NCBI RefSeq assembly: GCF_006345805.1
Contig: NW_021837037.1
Span: forward strand, 2,608-66,607
Reading direction: 5' to 3'
Origin: Octopus sinensis
Lineage: Eukaryota
DNA length: 64,000 nucleotides
Shown here piece by piece: positions 13,245 through 39,702 of this stretch (its first letter is position 1; each line of letters begins with the position of its first letter). The notes under the pieces are model-generated. The model was not told where the DNA came from. It saw nothing but the letters and a program-made list of their open reading frames with translations, and ran no database searches. Position numbers and translations under genes: made by a program.

Positions 13245-13449
13245 ATCGACACGTTTAATTCGTGGCAAGTTAAAATACAATTTCAATCATAATATAATAC
13301 CACGTAATAAATAACGGTAGAATAGTTGTTGCTAGGTTATAATGAAACGAACATCTGTTACATGTTTTTCAAGCCTAAAGACAAACTCCTGCGTAGTACA
13401 TAGAGCAACACCACGTATGTAGAAAGCTGACGAAAAGAACTAATCTACA
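13245..13449 (+). promoter_or_regulatory. Putative proximal promoter/5'UTR of paralogue A, alignable to 22365-22558 upstream of B
   Basis: Shared blocks: gtggcaagttaaaat/gttggcaatataaact, aatataataccacgtaataaa/aatatattaccatgcaataaa, aacatctgtt/aacacctgtt, agacaaactcctgcgtag/agacaaagctgtacgtag, aatctacaATG/aactacaATG. Confidence 0.5.
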
Positions 13450-13980
13450 ATGAAAAGAATTCTATTCATATTATCTGTAATTTGCGGTAAGGTGTTACTT
13501 CATAAAACAGCGCTCATAAATGACGGTTCACAGACACCAGGTAGAAGCAGGCGCATGCAAATGCATACATGTGTTTATATAGGTTTGTATGCTTGATTGC
13601 ATGCATATATGTATGTAGGTGTGTATGTACACACACACACACACATAGTATGCATGACTCTATGTATGTATATCTAGATAGATATATACATAGATAGACA
13701 GGTGACGTTAGCGATTTTTTTTTCTTCTTTGGACATTTCACTTTCTCCTTCCAGACGAAGAGCTATGCGCGAAACAATGTTTTCTTTGTACACGTTCTCT
13801 TGTTAATGCTTACATGTTTAAATGAATTGAATATCCGTTTGTATGTTTGAAAATTCCACACACCCTTGGCCTTGTCTCATTTTGACACATTATATTTAAC
13901 ACACACATACGTATGTATGTATGTATGTATGCATGTATGCATGAATGTATGTAAATATGTAGATATATGTATTTTATACG

Positions 13981-14018
<38 letters not shown>

Positions 14019-14282
14019 GCAGAGTAAAGTAATTTATTTTATAGAAGGAGCTTCTACAGGACTAGAACTGTTTCATTCAGATGAAATCTTCAGGAAGCTG
14101 GCTGTCAAAATAAGGTCTGGTATTTATACATTTAGGCAGATTTAATGGGATTGTGGTGGGGGGCGTTTTGGGGGTAATTTGGTATTTAGGTGATAAACAG
14201 GGCACAAGCTATTGTTCTTAGGGGAGTGGTCATATATATATATACATATACATGCACACACTCACACGCACATACACACACA

Positions 14283-14341
<59 letters not shown>

Positions 14342-17300
14342 GCTCGAGAAAGCCTTCGCATATCTCCAGAGTAGTCAATGTACTTGGATCATTACTAGAG
14401 ATTTGAACTGCATCATTCGAACTATTGAGCCTCTGGAAGAGGGATACAATGCCCCAAACTGCAAAAATAAATGTGCACGCAGTGGCCCACCCTGAGTTTC
14501 GTCGGCCCGTGAAGAACGCCACCTACACCGGCACCACTTGTAGGTCCAATACTGGAGGGTAAATGAATCAGCTGGGCCGGCCCTAATGACTCACCACAGA
14601 ACCATTTGTGCAGAGGCTGTTTGACGTCCTAATAGTGGCCCCATCGCCCTAGATCATCACCAGCGGGTACGCCTGCAGTCCGTTTCAACACGTCAGAACT
14701 GGTGATCTTCGCCCTTGAGTAATCTCAGACAGTCTTTTCTGACGAATGTCGATATTGCATTTCTGTGGCAGATGGCAGTGCTAGTATTTGGAGAAGGCGT
14801 GATTGTCATGGCGATGGCTGTGTGGTGGCGAGAGACTCGTGGGCAGGATAGAGCATCATGGTATGTGACTGGATTGAACTCAACTAGAAACTTTGACCGG
14901 TGGCCTTCCAAGACATCGGTCAAGGACGGGGCAATTAAATAGCTGTTGCTTGCTAGATTGACCAAATTTTAAGACCTCACATTTTGCCATAATTTGCCAA
15001 TCATGGGAATCACGCGTTCCAATAAGACAACGCCCGTGCCCCTACTGCTAGGCTGATAACATACCTCCTCCAACAGCATAATTTCCAGGCACTACCATGG
15101 CCTGTCCTATGTCTGGACGTGAACCACATAAAACACCTGTGGGGCGAAATCCAATGAAGGCTAAATGACATCCGTCCAACGCCGGCAACTACGGTACAAA
15201 TCACTGAAACTTTAACAGTGCCTGGGCTGTTATCCCAATGAACTACATCAATCGTTTTTGCGCATTTAGTGTACAGAGGTTGCCTGCTGGTAATCAACGC
15301 TAACAGTGGTCACACGAGATACTGAGGTCATTTTTTTTATCCAAGACACTGCATCATCACGTGACGTCAAACATGTTTAAGGATATGGCGATTTGTCATT
15401 AGGAAAGAACCGTTTCTCTATTTCGTACGTTTATGGTATCACTTTTGTGGTTCAGTTGATATGTAATTGCATGTTTATGCCTGTACCTATGTATACGTAT
15501 ATGTATATGCATATATTTATATGTATATATATGTTATTATTACTGGATTGAAGTATCTTAAATTGTGGTCACTTTGAATGTTTTAATTTTAGACGCTTAC
15601 CTACCAGAAGAGTTTCAATACCTTTTTATTATTAGATCATTTTTATTCTTGTAAATGTGTTATATATTTCATAAACTTTTTCTACATTCTGCGATTTGAT
15701 ATAAAAGGTATCGGTTTTTAACATCCCTCCTCAAAGCCACATGCCAGATATATGAAATCTAACATAGAAGTCAATACTTTGGAAGGAATAGAGCTAATAT
15801 ATCCACTGGCTATATGCTCAGAACACGTAAAATATATACATTCCGTTAAATTTACAAAGGAAATTCGGCAAGATATCGTAAAAATGAATATTAAACCATA
15901 AATGTAGCAATGGACGATCGTACAAAAAAGGATTCCAAACAAGATGAGGACAAATATCAATCAAATGTAAATAATGTAAATAATTATTACTGCGTTACCA
16001 ATGAATTAGAAAATAAATTTAGTTGAATAATATGTAATTCTTAAAATTGTAGGTGCCACAGCCTCCAAAGTCTGCATGACAGTAGCCGAGAAAGAGTGCA
16101 AATACGCTCTGCTAACTTATCCTGTAAAGACTCCCGACATTCATTTCTGCAGGTATCTTTTTCTCCTTTTGGTACTAATATTTGTATTTCTTTTATAGTA
16201 CTATCGTTCATATTTGCAACTTCGTTTCACAAAATCAATTGTTTGTAATGTATTACACACAGAGGAACAAAAAAATGTGTTCCGCCACCAGGTGGTTAAA
16301 TTTTCCATCAATCTATTCCCGAAACAAAATATTATAGCATTTGCTCGTGGTGCCCCAGCATGGCCGCGGCCTTCAGTCTAAAACATTTTAAAGGATTGTA
16401 AGTATTTAAGACCGGATTTGAAAGATAAATTACTCGAGCCTTTGATTCAACACCCATTCATACGTTAGGATTTCGCCTGATTAAGAAGAATTCAAATAAT
16501 TTCGATCATAGGCTTGCGTGTTACTTTTGTCAACTATTATTTAGATAAATGTCTTTGTATTTCTAATTAACGTTATTTCCACCACAGTAATATAAAGATG
16601 ATATTCTGATAAAAGTGAATCGCCCACAGAATTTTAACTATGGGTTGTCCGGAAAGTTTTTGCGGATTTTAAAGAAAAGCAAAAGGGCAATTACATTTTT
16701 AATCTACTAAATATAAAACATTTTCTTGCACAATGGGTCTCCCTCTTTCCATTGACTTGAAAATACCATCTTCCCAGAATTGAGGTTGTTTCGCGGCAAA
16801 GAATTCATCAAGGTATCTTTTTCCGTCATCCAAGGAATTGAAATTTTTACCAGTAAGACTAGACCTGAATAAGTGGAAATCCGAAGGAGCAATATCTGGT
16901 GAATATGGAGGTTGGGGTAACACATCCCGGCCGAGCTGCAGCAATTCTTGTCTGGTTCTCAAAGCCTCAACTGCCAGAAATGAACTTTCTTACCTTCCAT
17001 TTTAAAGGGTTACAGAATTAACGCAGGTTACAGGAATATAAACCTTCTTCCACGAAAATATACCTGAAACTGTGCTCTAAATGGAGGTGTAGTCAAATCC
17101 TATTTTATGCACTCAACCATGTTCTAAAAAAAGTCGAAATGTAAGCTACTGTAAATCGGCACGAACTTTCTGGACAACCCAATATTTCTGATATTGTAAG
17201 ATGAGCCGACCGAATTGTTAGCACGCCACACCAAATGCTTAGTGGCATTTTATCCGTCTTTATGTTCCGCATTGAAATGGAGCCGGGATCGGCTTCTCCA

Positions 17301-18301
17301 TTCCGATGTCAATAAGTTACGTACCAGTTGAGACCTAGGGTCAAGGTAATCGGCTACCAACACACCAACAAAAAAGATACAAAGAAAAAGCAATAATTTG
17401 GTCTGGTACCAAAATTTGAAATCAATACTTCAAATATTGTAAGGCGGTGGGCTTGGAGAATCGTAAATACAAAATGCAAAATCCTTAGCGATATTTTGCC
17501 CGTCTTTACGTTCTTAGTTTCCCATTCAGCTGAGTTCGATTTTGGATTCCATCTTGTCAGGGTCGACAAACTATCTACCAGTGTTGCACAAGGACTATAT
17601 AAATTTGAAACCAATGTTTCTTATACTAAAAACCGGGAGGTAGATCTTGAAGACAAGTATAGAGGCACTCCGTAGGTTACGACGACCTGTGTTCCAGTTG
17701 ATCCGATCAACGGAGCAGCCTGCTCATGAAATTAACGTGCAAGTGGCTGAGCACTCCACAGACGTGTATCCTTCACGTATTTCTCGGGGTGATTCAGTGT
17801 GATAAAGAATGTGACAAGGCCGGTCCTTTGAAATATGGGTACAACATAAACAGGAAGAAAGAGTGAGAAAAGTTGTGGCGAAAAATTACAGCAGGGGGTG
17901 GCACCACTCCTGCAGGGAACCTCATGTAGCTGTAAGCGTTTTTGCTCAATAAACATTCGCAACGCCCGGTCTGGGAATCGAAACCGCGATCCTACAACCG
18001 CGAGTGCGCTGCCCTTACCACTGGGCAATTTGCCTCCACGATGACAAGAGTAGTTCTGAATTCTATGCTTACATATTCTGATATAAAAAAAAAGAAACTA
18101 TATTGACCGTTGCCTTCTCTCTATAATTGGTAATACTTGATATGTTTTTATCTTACAGACGTCTAGAGTTGTATGAAATCTGTATTACTCATGTAGATCC
18201 TGTTTGCCAAAGAGCCATGCGCAAAGAGCTTACAAAAAAGTGCTCTGGTGAGTGAAACAATTTATTTTATTATTAAAAAAGTTGTAGCAAAATGAAATTC
18301 A

Positions 18302-18335
<34 letters not shown>

Positions 18336-18870
18336 TGTTGTTGTTGTTGTTGTTGTTGTTGTAGAAGTAGCAGCAGTGGCAGAAGGAGAAGAAGAAAACG
18401 AAAAAGAAGAAGAAGGAAAAGATGAAGTAGAAGTAGGAGGAAGAGGATTATAATCCATAATACACTGAGAACATTTTCTTCCGGTTTATCATGATTGCAG
18501 TTCAATTTCTAAACAGATATTCATCTATTTTTTTCCGTTGATAAGATAAGAGGCAACCAATTGATGCAGGTCATTAAGTCTATTTAATGAGATCACCTGT
18601 ACAGGTGACTTTTCATCAGGTTACACGCTTAGCTCTGAAGAAAGGAAACTGTATTTGCATTATTGGTCAAAACATCTCTATCACTTTATGTAAATTTCTA
18701 GTAAATGTCAACGTTATTAATTAAATTAATCCACTAATTAAAAATGAGTACCACGTAAACACATTTTTTACTTGAATATTACAGATAAGAAGCCCCACAA
18801 TGAGTCAACGGTCTGCATTGTAAATTTAAACAGCATGTTATTGGCAGTTCTTGTATCAACCATATTTTAA
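13450..18870 (+). CDS. Paralogue A: 4-exon gene for a 103-aa secreted, probably GPI-anchored, 6-Cys protein (join 13450-13486, 16053-16152, 18159-18247, 18785-18870)
   Basis: All introns are GT-AG (phases 1,2,1) and the spliced ORF is open: MKRILFILSVICGATASKVCMTVAEKECKYALLTYPVKTPDIHFCRRLELYEICITHVDPVCQRAMRKELTKKCSDKKPHNESTVCIVNLNSMLLAVLVSTIF*. Exon sizes match paralogue B exactly; AATAAA at 18899. Confidence 0.88.
14049..14099 (-). ncRNA. Hammerhead-like motif in a PLE remnant (~14015-14230)
   Basis: Reverse complement reads AGCTTC-CTGAAGA-tttcatctgaat-GAAAC-agttc..GAAGCT; core intact, stem I AGCTTC/GAAGCT, weak stem II. Confidence 0.5.
14335..15345 (+). pseudogene. Degenerate Tc1-type (DD34E) transposase in intron 1 of A (copy ~48625-49635)
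   Basis: Broken + frames give RSGPP, VFSDECRY..DG..IWRR, FQ*DNARAPTA and LPWPVLCLDVNHIKHLW (SPDLNPIEHLW equivalent). Confidence 0.8.
16639..17184 (-). mobile_element. Internally deleted mariner element with ~30-bp TIRs and TA target duplication (copy 50929-51474)
   Basis: TIRs tgggttgtccggaaagtttttgcggattt / aaatcggcacgaactttctggacaaccca; C-terminal transposase with PPYSPDIAPSDFHLF; paralogue B shows the empty site at ~29840. Confidence 0.9.
18303..18440. repeat. Compound (TAG)n(TTG)n(GAA)-rich microsatellite in intron 3 of A
   Basis: Direct reading; the TTG tract is 2 units longer in the second copy. Confidence 0.9.
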
Positions 18871-19199
18871 TGGAATTCGAACATATGTTGAAAGATTTAA
18901 TAAAGATTTAACACATATTTTTGATAGTTTTGCATTGTATAATCTCTTATCTTCATTATATAAAAAATGTAAGTATATAAAGAACTCCGAAATTTAATTT
19001 TTATTATAACGTCAAATAATACCATATTCACTTCTTCGCTTCAATAGAAACTTTCTTTACAATTTTACTTTTTTATTCAATCCAATGCCGCAAAAGGTCT
19101 TATTAGTAGCTTGACATAATCCTCAAATCGATTAAATTTTAATACCACTTCAATATGAAAGGGTTACTAGACTACTTGTTTTTAATAAAATATAAATAT

Positions 19200-20060
19200 T
19201 TACCTCAATTTCAACATGATCTCTTTCGAAGTAGTGCAGATATACACCGGTCCCAATCTTCGTGATTCTTTTAGAATCCGGGCAGGAAATGCTTTTCCGG
19301 AAGCGATTCAAAGACTTTCGGCGATTCGAGGACCTTCTCCGATTTGAGGACCTCCTGCGATTCGAGGACCTTCTGCGATTCGAGGACCTTCTGCGATTCG
19401 AGGGCCTTCTGCTATTCGAGGACCTTCTGCAATTCGAAGACCTTTTGCGATTCGCTATGGAGCTCGACAACGGTGTAATAACTGCGACCTCTGAACCTCA
19501 TTTCCGTTTTGGGGCAGAGATGACATTCAGCAGGTTCCAGCTCAGGCAATTAGGGAGAATGCAGAAGCGATATCATTTTCTTTTTTTTTCCTTTTTGAGA
19601 AACTCACGTGTGAGAGGATCTCAGTTACAGAGTGCTATGTCATCGTGAAGAATCCGATTCTTCAAGCTCCATATACATGCGGCCTTTCGCGGAAGATTCT
19701 CCAACAAAAGCTTCAAAATGTCATTGTTTATCCTTTGACGATCTTCATGCACAAACTGATGATAATTTCTCCATATTTCGTCGTAGGTGACTTGTGGCAC
19801 GTCTTTGAAATAATTTATCTTCTTCCAGAGAAGTTCTTCCGGTTTTGGAGCGCTCATGCAATCCGAAATATTGCGTACATCTCATTGCCTTGTCGCCGTA
19901 AGCTTCACAAAGCAAGCTTAATGTCTCTGTATCAGACTTCTCAATATAATCCAATGTTTGACGTTGGCTCTTTGTTTCAGCTCTCTGCGCTTGACAAGAT
20001 AGCAGCGAAAAGCATACACGTGATCACATCAACTCAAATTTCATAACTTGGGAATTAAAG
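19200..20060 (-). pseudogene. Degenerate mariner transposase relic (copy ~53496-54356); ends uncertain
   Basis: KSDTETLSLLCEAYGDKAM..RSKTGRTSLEED (HTH region), RILHDD and a C-terminal ESQKVL..LPEKHF..WDRCI segment. Confidence 0.75.
19303..19454. repeat. 18-bp minisatellite (gcgattcgaggaccttct) x8.5 inside the mariner relic
   Basis: Eight full units 19303-19446 plus a partial unit; the minus strand encodes ESQKVL repeats. Confidence 0.9.
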
Positions 20061-20679
20061 ACAGTGATTTCTGTCCGTAGACAGACACACGAATACCACC
20101 GCTACCTCCCACTGTGTACGCAACCATGTACTGCCCTGTTTTCGCGCTACAGGGAACGATTGGTACCACCACGTATCGTTGCTTCCAAGTAAAATGGTGA
20201 AGATTAACCTCACTTTATAAATTACAATTTATAAATCGCAGCATGTCCATAAGTTGTATTTCTATATCACACAGACGTTCTGTTTATATTGTTTTATTAA
20301 TACTCAACGTTAACAAAGGCATAACAAATTGATTACAAAGTTCTCCGATAATGCTAGTTGTATTCATATTTACTGATATAACACAGTCAGGTTGCTTGAA
20401 TGTTTATACTGTCTTTTGTCAGTGTTAACATTGTATTATTGTATACATACATCCATTCATATTTAATATGACTTGCACATGTTATATCGCATAGAGTATA
20501 AATTTATAGGGGTAATTCTTCACCATGTTTTTAGTATATCATTAGGAAAATAATCGGTAATAAACAGAGGTTGAATAGTAAATTCGTGTGAAGAGGAGAA
20601 TCATATATATAGTATGTTTTCAACTAAAACCATACATGCAAATTAATAGAGATAAGTATAAGTATAACTTCATTCACAT

Positions 20680-20754
<75 letters not shown>

Positions 20755-21875
20755 TATATCAAAATGCGGAAATTATAATACACATAAAATATTCATGTGC
20801 ACATAGATCTCTACATATTTCGGTGTTTATATAGACGCATGTGTTCACGTATGTTAATACTCATAATGAAATATGCAAATTTAGTCTACACTGGCAACAC
20901 CTATAAACGCATATTTGCAATTATAAACTTTCTTCAATTCCACACTTATAATCATATTGAAAAGAAATGGTAAAAAAAAATATTCTTTTGTTTATACGAT
21001 TTCAAAAATTTACTTTGTATTTCATTCATTGTTTGCAATGTTTTCTCTCACACACGCTGTTTCTCTAATATAAACACACAGAAACTCTTCTGGTTTCATT
21101 CCGTTATAACACGCATATCATATTAAAAGTTTTCAAATCCATCATGGGCCGTAAAATAAAACACGTGCATTATTTCGCTTGAACGCGGACACTTCGATAA
21201 TTACCTTATCTGAAGGCTGCGAGCTGGCAGAAACGTTAGCACGCCGGGCGATATGCTTTCCCGCATTTCGCCTGCCGTTATGTTCTGAGTTCAAATTTCG
21301 CCGAGGTCAACTTTGCCTGTCATATTTTCGGGGTCGTTAAATTAAGTATCATCTGCGTACTGGGGTCGATGTAATCGACTGCCCTCCTCCCCACACACAC
21401 AAAAGATTTTAATAAAACATTGAAATAGTCTTTGCTTATAGAAAGCTAACATATAAATATTATCGAACTAAAACCTACATTTTGAAAAGCACCCTCACTC
21501 GAAAATATTTCAAAAGGATAAAAATATTGTTTAACAAAAGCGAAATGAGAAATATTTACAGTAAAATAAAAAGAAACAAATATAATTCCGTTGTCAAGTC
21601 ATTGTCTAATCGAAAGTAGAGATTTTCCCTTTTCAAATTAAGATTATTTTCGGGATAATTTCCCACTATGATCCGCTTGGGTATTTGTACCCTGAAAACT
21701 TGTAATATCTTAAAAAACCACTTGCCGGTTTACACGAACTTGTTTTGTTTTCCGTTCATATTAGCATTTCAGGCTAAATATATTTCATTGTATTTTTCCA
21801 TTATGCGCTACTTTGGCTGGGTAAATTTAAAAGCGGTCTATCAAGGAAGATCCAAACTGATTTCTAATGCACTTT

Positions 21876-21906
<31 letters not shown>

Positions 21907-22558
21907 GAGGGGGGGATGTATGTGTGTGGGTGTACGTGTGTGGGTGTGTGTATATGAGCTTAGAGCGGATATGCAATCGAGTATTATTAATATTTTATAT
22001 ATATATATATATATTATATATATATATAAAGTACATTACAAATCCTCTTGGATCTTCCTTGATAGACCGTTTTGAAAGTTACTCAGCCAAACTGACGCAT
22101 AATGGGAAAATACAATGAATTAAATTTTTGCTTCCCTCACTTTTTGTTTACTAAAATTCACTCAAAAGTACTCGGACGACGCGAGTCTGACACAGAGGAC
22201 ATTAGCGCCATATGCAATGATGTAGGAATGAACCCGGAAACATTGGATTGGGTCGTAAACTCTTTATCACTAACAAAACCTTAGGTACACACAAAAAAGA
22301 AACAGGCACAGACAACCATACACATATGTGCAATTGTATGCGTACGTGTTGATTGGCAACATTAAGTGTTGGCAATATAAACTGCCATATTGAATATAAT
22401 ATATTACCATGCAATAAACAAGAGAATATAAATCTAGTTTCCAATTTATACTTAAGCAAAAACACCTGTTTCAGCGCTTTTAACTCTTCAGACAAAGCTG
22501 TACGTAGCAGAAACGTCAACAGCAAATATAGAGAGCTGGAAACAGAATCTTAACTACA

Positions 22559-35592
<13,034 letters not shown>

Positions 35593-37704
35593 TGGAATTC
35601 GAACATATGCACTGTGCGAGGCTATTAAATATAATAAGCTTGTAACAGTCATTTTTGCTTGTTTTGTATGGTACGTACACAAATCTTCTGTATATAAAGT
35701 ACTTCGAAATTTTATTTTTATAATCATGTCAAGAAATATATCTATTTCGCGTCAATACTAAATCACTTTACATTTATTGTCATTGCAATATGATGTTTAT
35801 TTTCAATCTATTACTGCATTAACTCTACATTATTTGCATGGCAAAATTTGAAATCAATTGCTTTCTGACATATGTTTAATCTCAAAATGTTCGAGGACTA
35901 TTCTGTTATATATTTATTTATTGAATTACATGTTTACCTCAATTTAAACATCATCATCTAAGGCGGCGAGCTGGCAGAAACGTTACCACGCCGGGCGCAA
36001 TACTTAGCGGTACTTCGTCTGCTGTTAGGTTCTGAGTTCAAATTCCACCGAGTTCGACTTTGCCTTTCATCCCTTGAGGGTCGATAAATTAAGTACCAGT
36101 TACGCACTGGAGACGGTATAATTGACTTGCTGGGACTGCCTGTCATGTGACGGTCGTTTAGAAAAAGTGCGGGCTAAAACTACGCGCCTTCACTAGTCAG
36201 TTAAGGTGAGACATTGTCACGTGACAACTTGCTGGGGCTGCCTGCTGGATCCAATGCGGCAGGTTTTTGAAGGGAAAAATTTGACAAGACAGTCAGTCAC
36301 CGGCTGACACTCGCTGACGATACATCGAAGAGGCCATGGAACAGAAGAAAGAAGACATGCACCCAACACCAGAGGTGAAGACACCTCCGAAGGGGGGAGC
36401 GCCACGTCAAAACGGTAGAGGAGTAAGGGCCGAAACCGGACGTGGTTCCTCCTGATGTTGTCTTGAGCAAACAGGATCCTATAAAGGAGCTGTTGTGGTA
36501 GCAGACCACGAATCACGGTTGTAACTCCTCCATCTTCCTGTCCTTGTTTGTACCCTCTTTGTGTTTAGTACCTTGTGGGTAGTAAAGAAATAGGTATTTC
36601 GTCTGTTTTTACGTTTTGAGTTCAAATTCCGCCGAGGTCGGATTTGCATTTCATCTTTTCAGGGTCTACAAATTAAGTACCAGTTGCGTACTAGTGTCGT
36701 TCTAATCGACTGGTCCTCCCCCAAAATTTCGGGCCTTGTGCCTAGAGTAGAAAATAATTTAAACATTATCTCCTTCGAAATAGTAACCTTCCGCAACTAT
36801 ATAACGGCCCCATTGCTCCTCCCTCATTTGGAATTCGTCTTGCAAATAAAAGTCCGAGAACGTTAAAAGATTCGCTATATATATGTATATGTATACATTT
36901 GGAAACATGTCAAGGTAGAAAATGCTAAAGTAATTTTATAAAAAAAGCATTTCAGTACCGGTTTCGGTCATTGGGTCTTCTTCAAATGTAAGTATGGAAA
37001 GCAATTAATTTTTGAAAAATTAAGTGAAAAGATTATTTAAATGAATATTGCAAAGTATTCGAGAACAAGGGGCATTTTCTTTGTTTCTCCCTGCCTCTAT
37101 TTCTCATGTAAATTCTTGTGGGTTCAAGGACGTTGTGAATTCTTGGCAGAGAAGAAGAAGAAGAAGAAGAAGAAGAAGGAGGAGGAGAACGAGAAGCAAA
37201 AGAATAATGCGCGACAACTATGATAGGTATCCTATTACTAACATTGTACTCCCTATTTATTCTCCTCAGAAACAAGGAAAGTTCCCCTTCTTTTTTAATA
37301 ATATGCAAATATTCTCTTAAAAAAATCTTTTCGGTTAATTTTTCCGAAATATAATTTTTTACCATACTTACAGTTGAAAACGTCCCAATGACTGAAACCG
37401 GTATTGAAATGTTTTTTATAAAATTATCTTAGCATTTTCTACCTTGAAGTTTACCATATATTTCAACTCGTATGTTCTTGTTCAACCTTATATATATATA
37501 ATGTTGATTCGCTAGCCTCTGCACGCAGTTTTTTTCTCCTCGTTTATTTCTGTATTTCTTTTCCGTGTATCTTTCTGTTGAAGAGCGTAGGCTCGAAACG
37601 TAAAAGACTTGTTTAATTTATATTCCTGAGCGCCATACAAATACAATTGTTTGTTTGTATTCCACCTGCCATCGTCTTTTGTTTATTTTCATAAAGCATC
37701 CCGT

Positions 37705-37807
<103 letters not shown>

Positions 37808-37811
37808 TATA

Positions 37812-37850
<39 letters not shown>

Positions 37851-39665
37851 GAATAAAAAAATGGAGTTAACGCAGGAGTAATCAAATATTTTTACTTACG
37901 ACACATGTTTCGAAAATACCACTAATACTATTCAAAAGAATAAATGGTATAAACAATGCAATCTTCTCCTGAGGAAAGTAAAAAAAACGAAACTCGTCAA
38001 TAATATATTTTAGCAAAAAATGATGGATTCGTATAGCGATAGACAGAACGCTATTAATATTGTTTAAAAAACGTCATATGATATAACGTCATAAGTAGCT
38101 AACAGAAACAGTAGGGATATTAATAGTGAACGTTAAATATAAAGGAAATTAAAGATTAAATTATATATAATGATAGAGACTACTTATATGCACTAAATGT
38201 ATGTTTTTGCCAATGCTTACATATGTATGCTCGCTCTATAACTGTGTTTAGTACAGTATTTTTAGAAAACATAATGAAAAATAGCTCAGAATTGCAGAGA
38301 AGACAGAATTTCTTGCCTTTGTCATATGGTATCGAAATTGAGAGAATGAACCATTCTAAATGAAGTTGTTCATTGTGGTCTTTTAAATCCCAAATCAATT
38401 TGCTGAGACCGGTACTATTCCGTTTATTTCTATCCCTAAATGTTGAGTAATGGATAGAAATTCTTTTAGATAACTCTAACGATGTGCTTCCAATGTAAAG
38501 TCGTACTTTATTACGAGTACTGATTATACACTGGTATATAGAATTTTTAATCTTAGAGTTACTTGACATAAACTTAATTCTGTTGGAATTGACTTCAGAT
38601 ACAATAACCTTGTTATTAATATTTCTAGAGGGTTGGATGGTATTAGCTAAATTAACGTTAGTATTAGTAAATGTATTAATATTTAACAGCTTGTTATTAT
38701 GAGAAGAGATAATTTGTGTTTGAAAAACCTATCCTAAACTTATGTGAATTGATTATAGAGTAATATTACATGTGTCGAAAGTAAAAATATTTGATTACAC
38801 CTGCGTTAAATCTATTTTTTTATTCATATTATACAAAATATTCAACGTAAAAACGAAGTTTCTACCTTTATAAACAAGGAGTTACAACACCTTTACTTGT
38901 GAGATTTTTACTGGCCCCTCTAAACTTCTCTTAACTCTCGACTTCCAGGGCCATTACACAGTGATCCCTCACCACGTAGAGCTGCATGCACTCCAAAATT
39001 TCCTTGACCTTCAACACAACACCTAACCCGAAACATCCTCACTCGTTCGTCTGGCCGAACTTGTCCTCCCTCTCAACCGCTTCTCGTTCGCTGGTAATTT
39101 CTACCAGCAGCTCGGTAGTGGACATTGGAATGAGAATGGACCCCAATTATTCGAACCTGTTCGTTGGTTACGTTGAGGCCCAAATATGCTCAAGTTTCAC
39201 TGGCCAAACTCCCGAACTAAACGGCCCTTATATTGACGACTGTATCGGTACGAATTCACTCTTCCGCGAGCATCTAGACTCCTTCCACTCTTTTATCAAA
39301 TCTTTCCATCCTACCCTCCACATCCACTGCACTATCTCTGACACCTCTGTCCCCTTGACATTTCAATGAGCATTCATTACTCCACTCACACAACCTCCAT
39401 CTACATCAAACACAGACTCACACTCACACATCAACTTCCCCTCCTCTCACACTAAACGCACCGAGCTTTTCGTCCCCTATTTCCAATTTCTCCGTCTACG
39501 CAGGCTACACCACAACCCACGATACCACACAACGCATCACATCACATCACACCACGACGCACACACTAGCACTGACCACTTCCCATCCCCACATCTTCGA
39601 AACTACACAGACACACACGCACATGTGTATTTGTATGCATGTATGTTTACAGGCATGTATATACA

Positions 39666-39694
<29 letters not shown>

Positions 39695-39702
<8 letters not shown>

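Noticed and set aside
19303-19454. CRISPR-like array
   Set aside because: The units are directly adjacent with no unique spacers, the context is eukaryotic, and the repeat derives from a mariner coding region.
21771-21820. cag|GCTAA...CTTTGGCTGG|gtaaat hydrophobic segment as the signal exon of B
   Set aside because: It has an in-frame TAA and no ATG in the required phase; exon 22559-22595 fits exactly and matches A.
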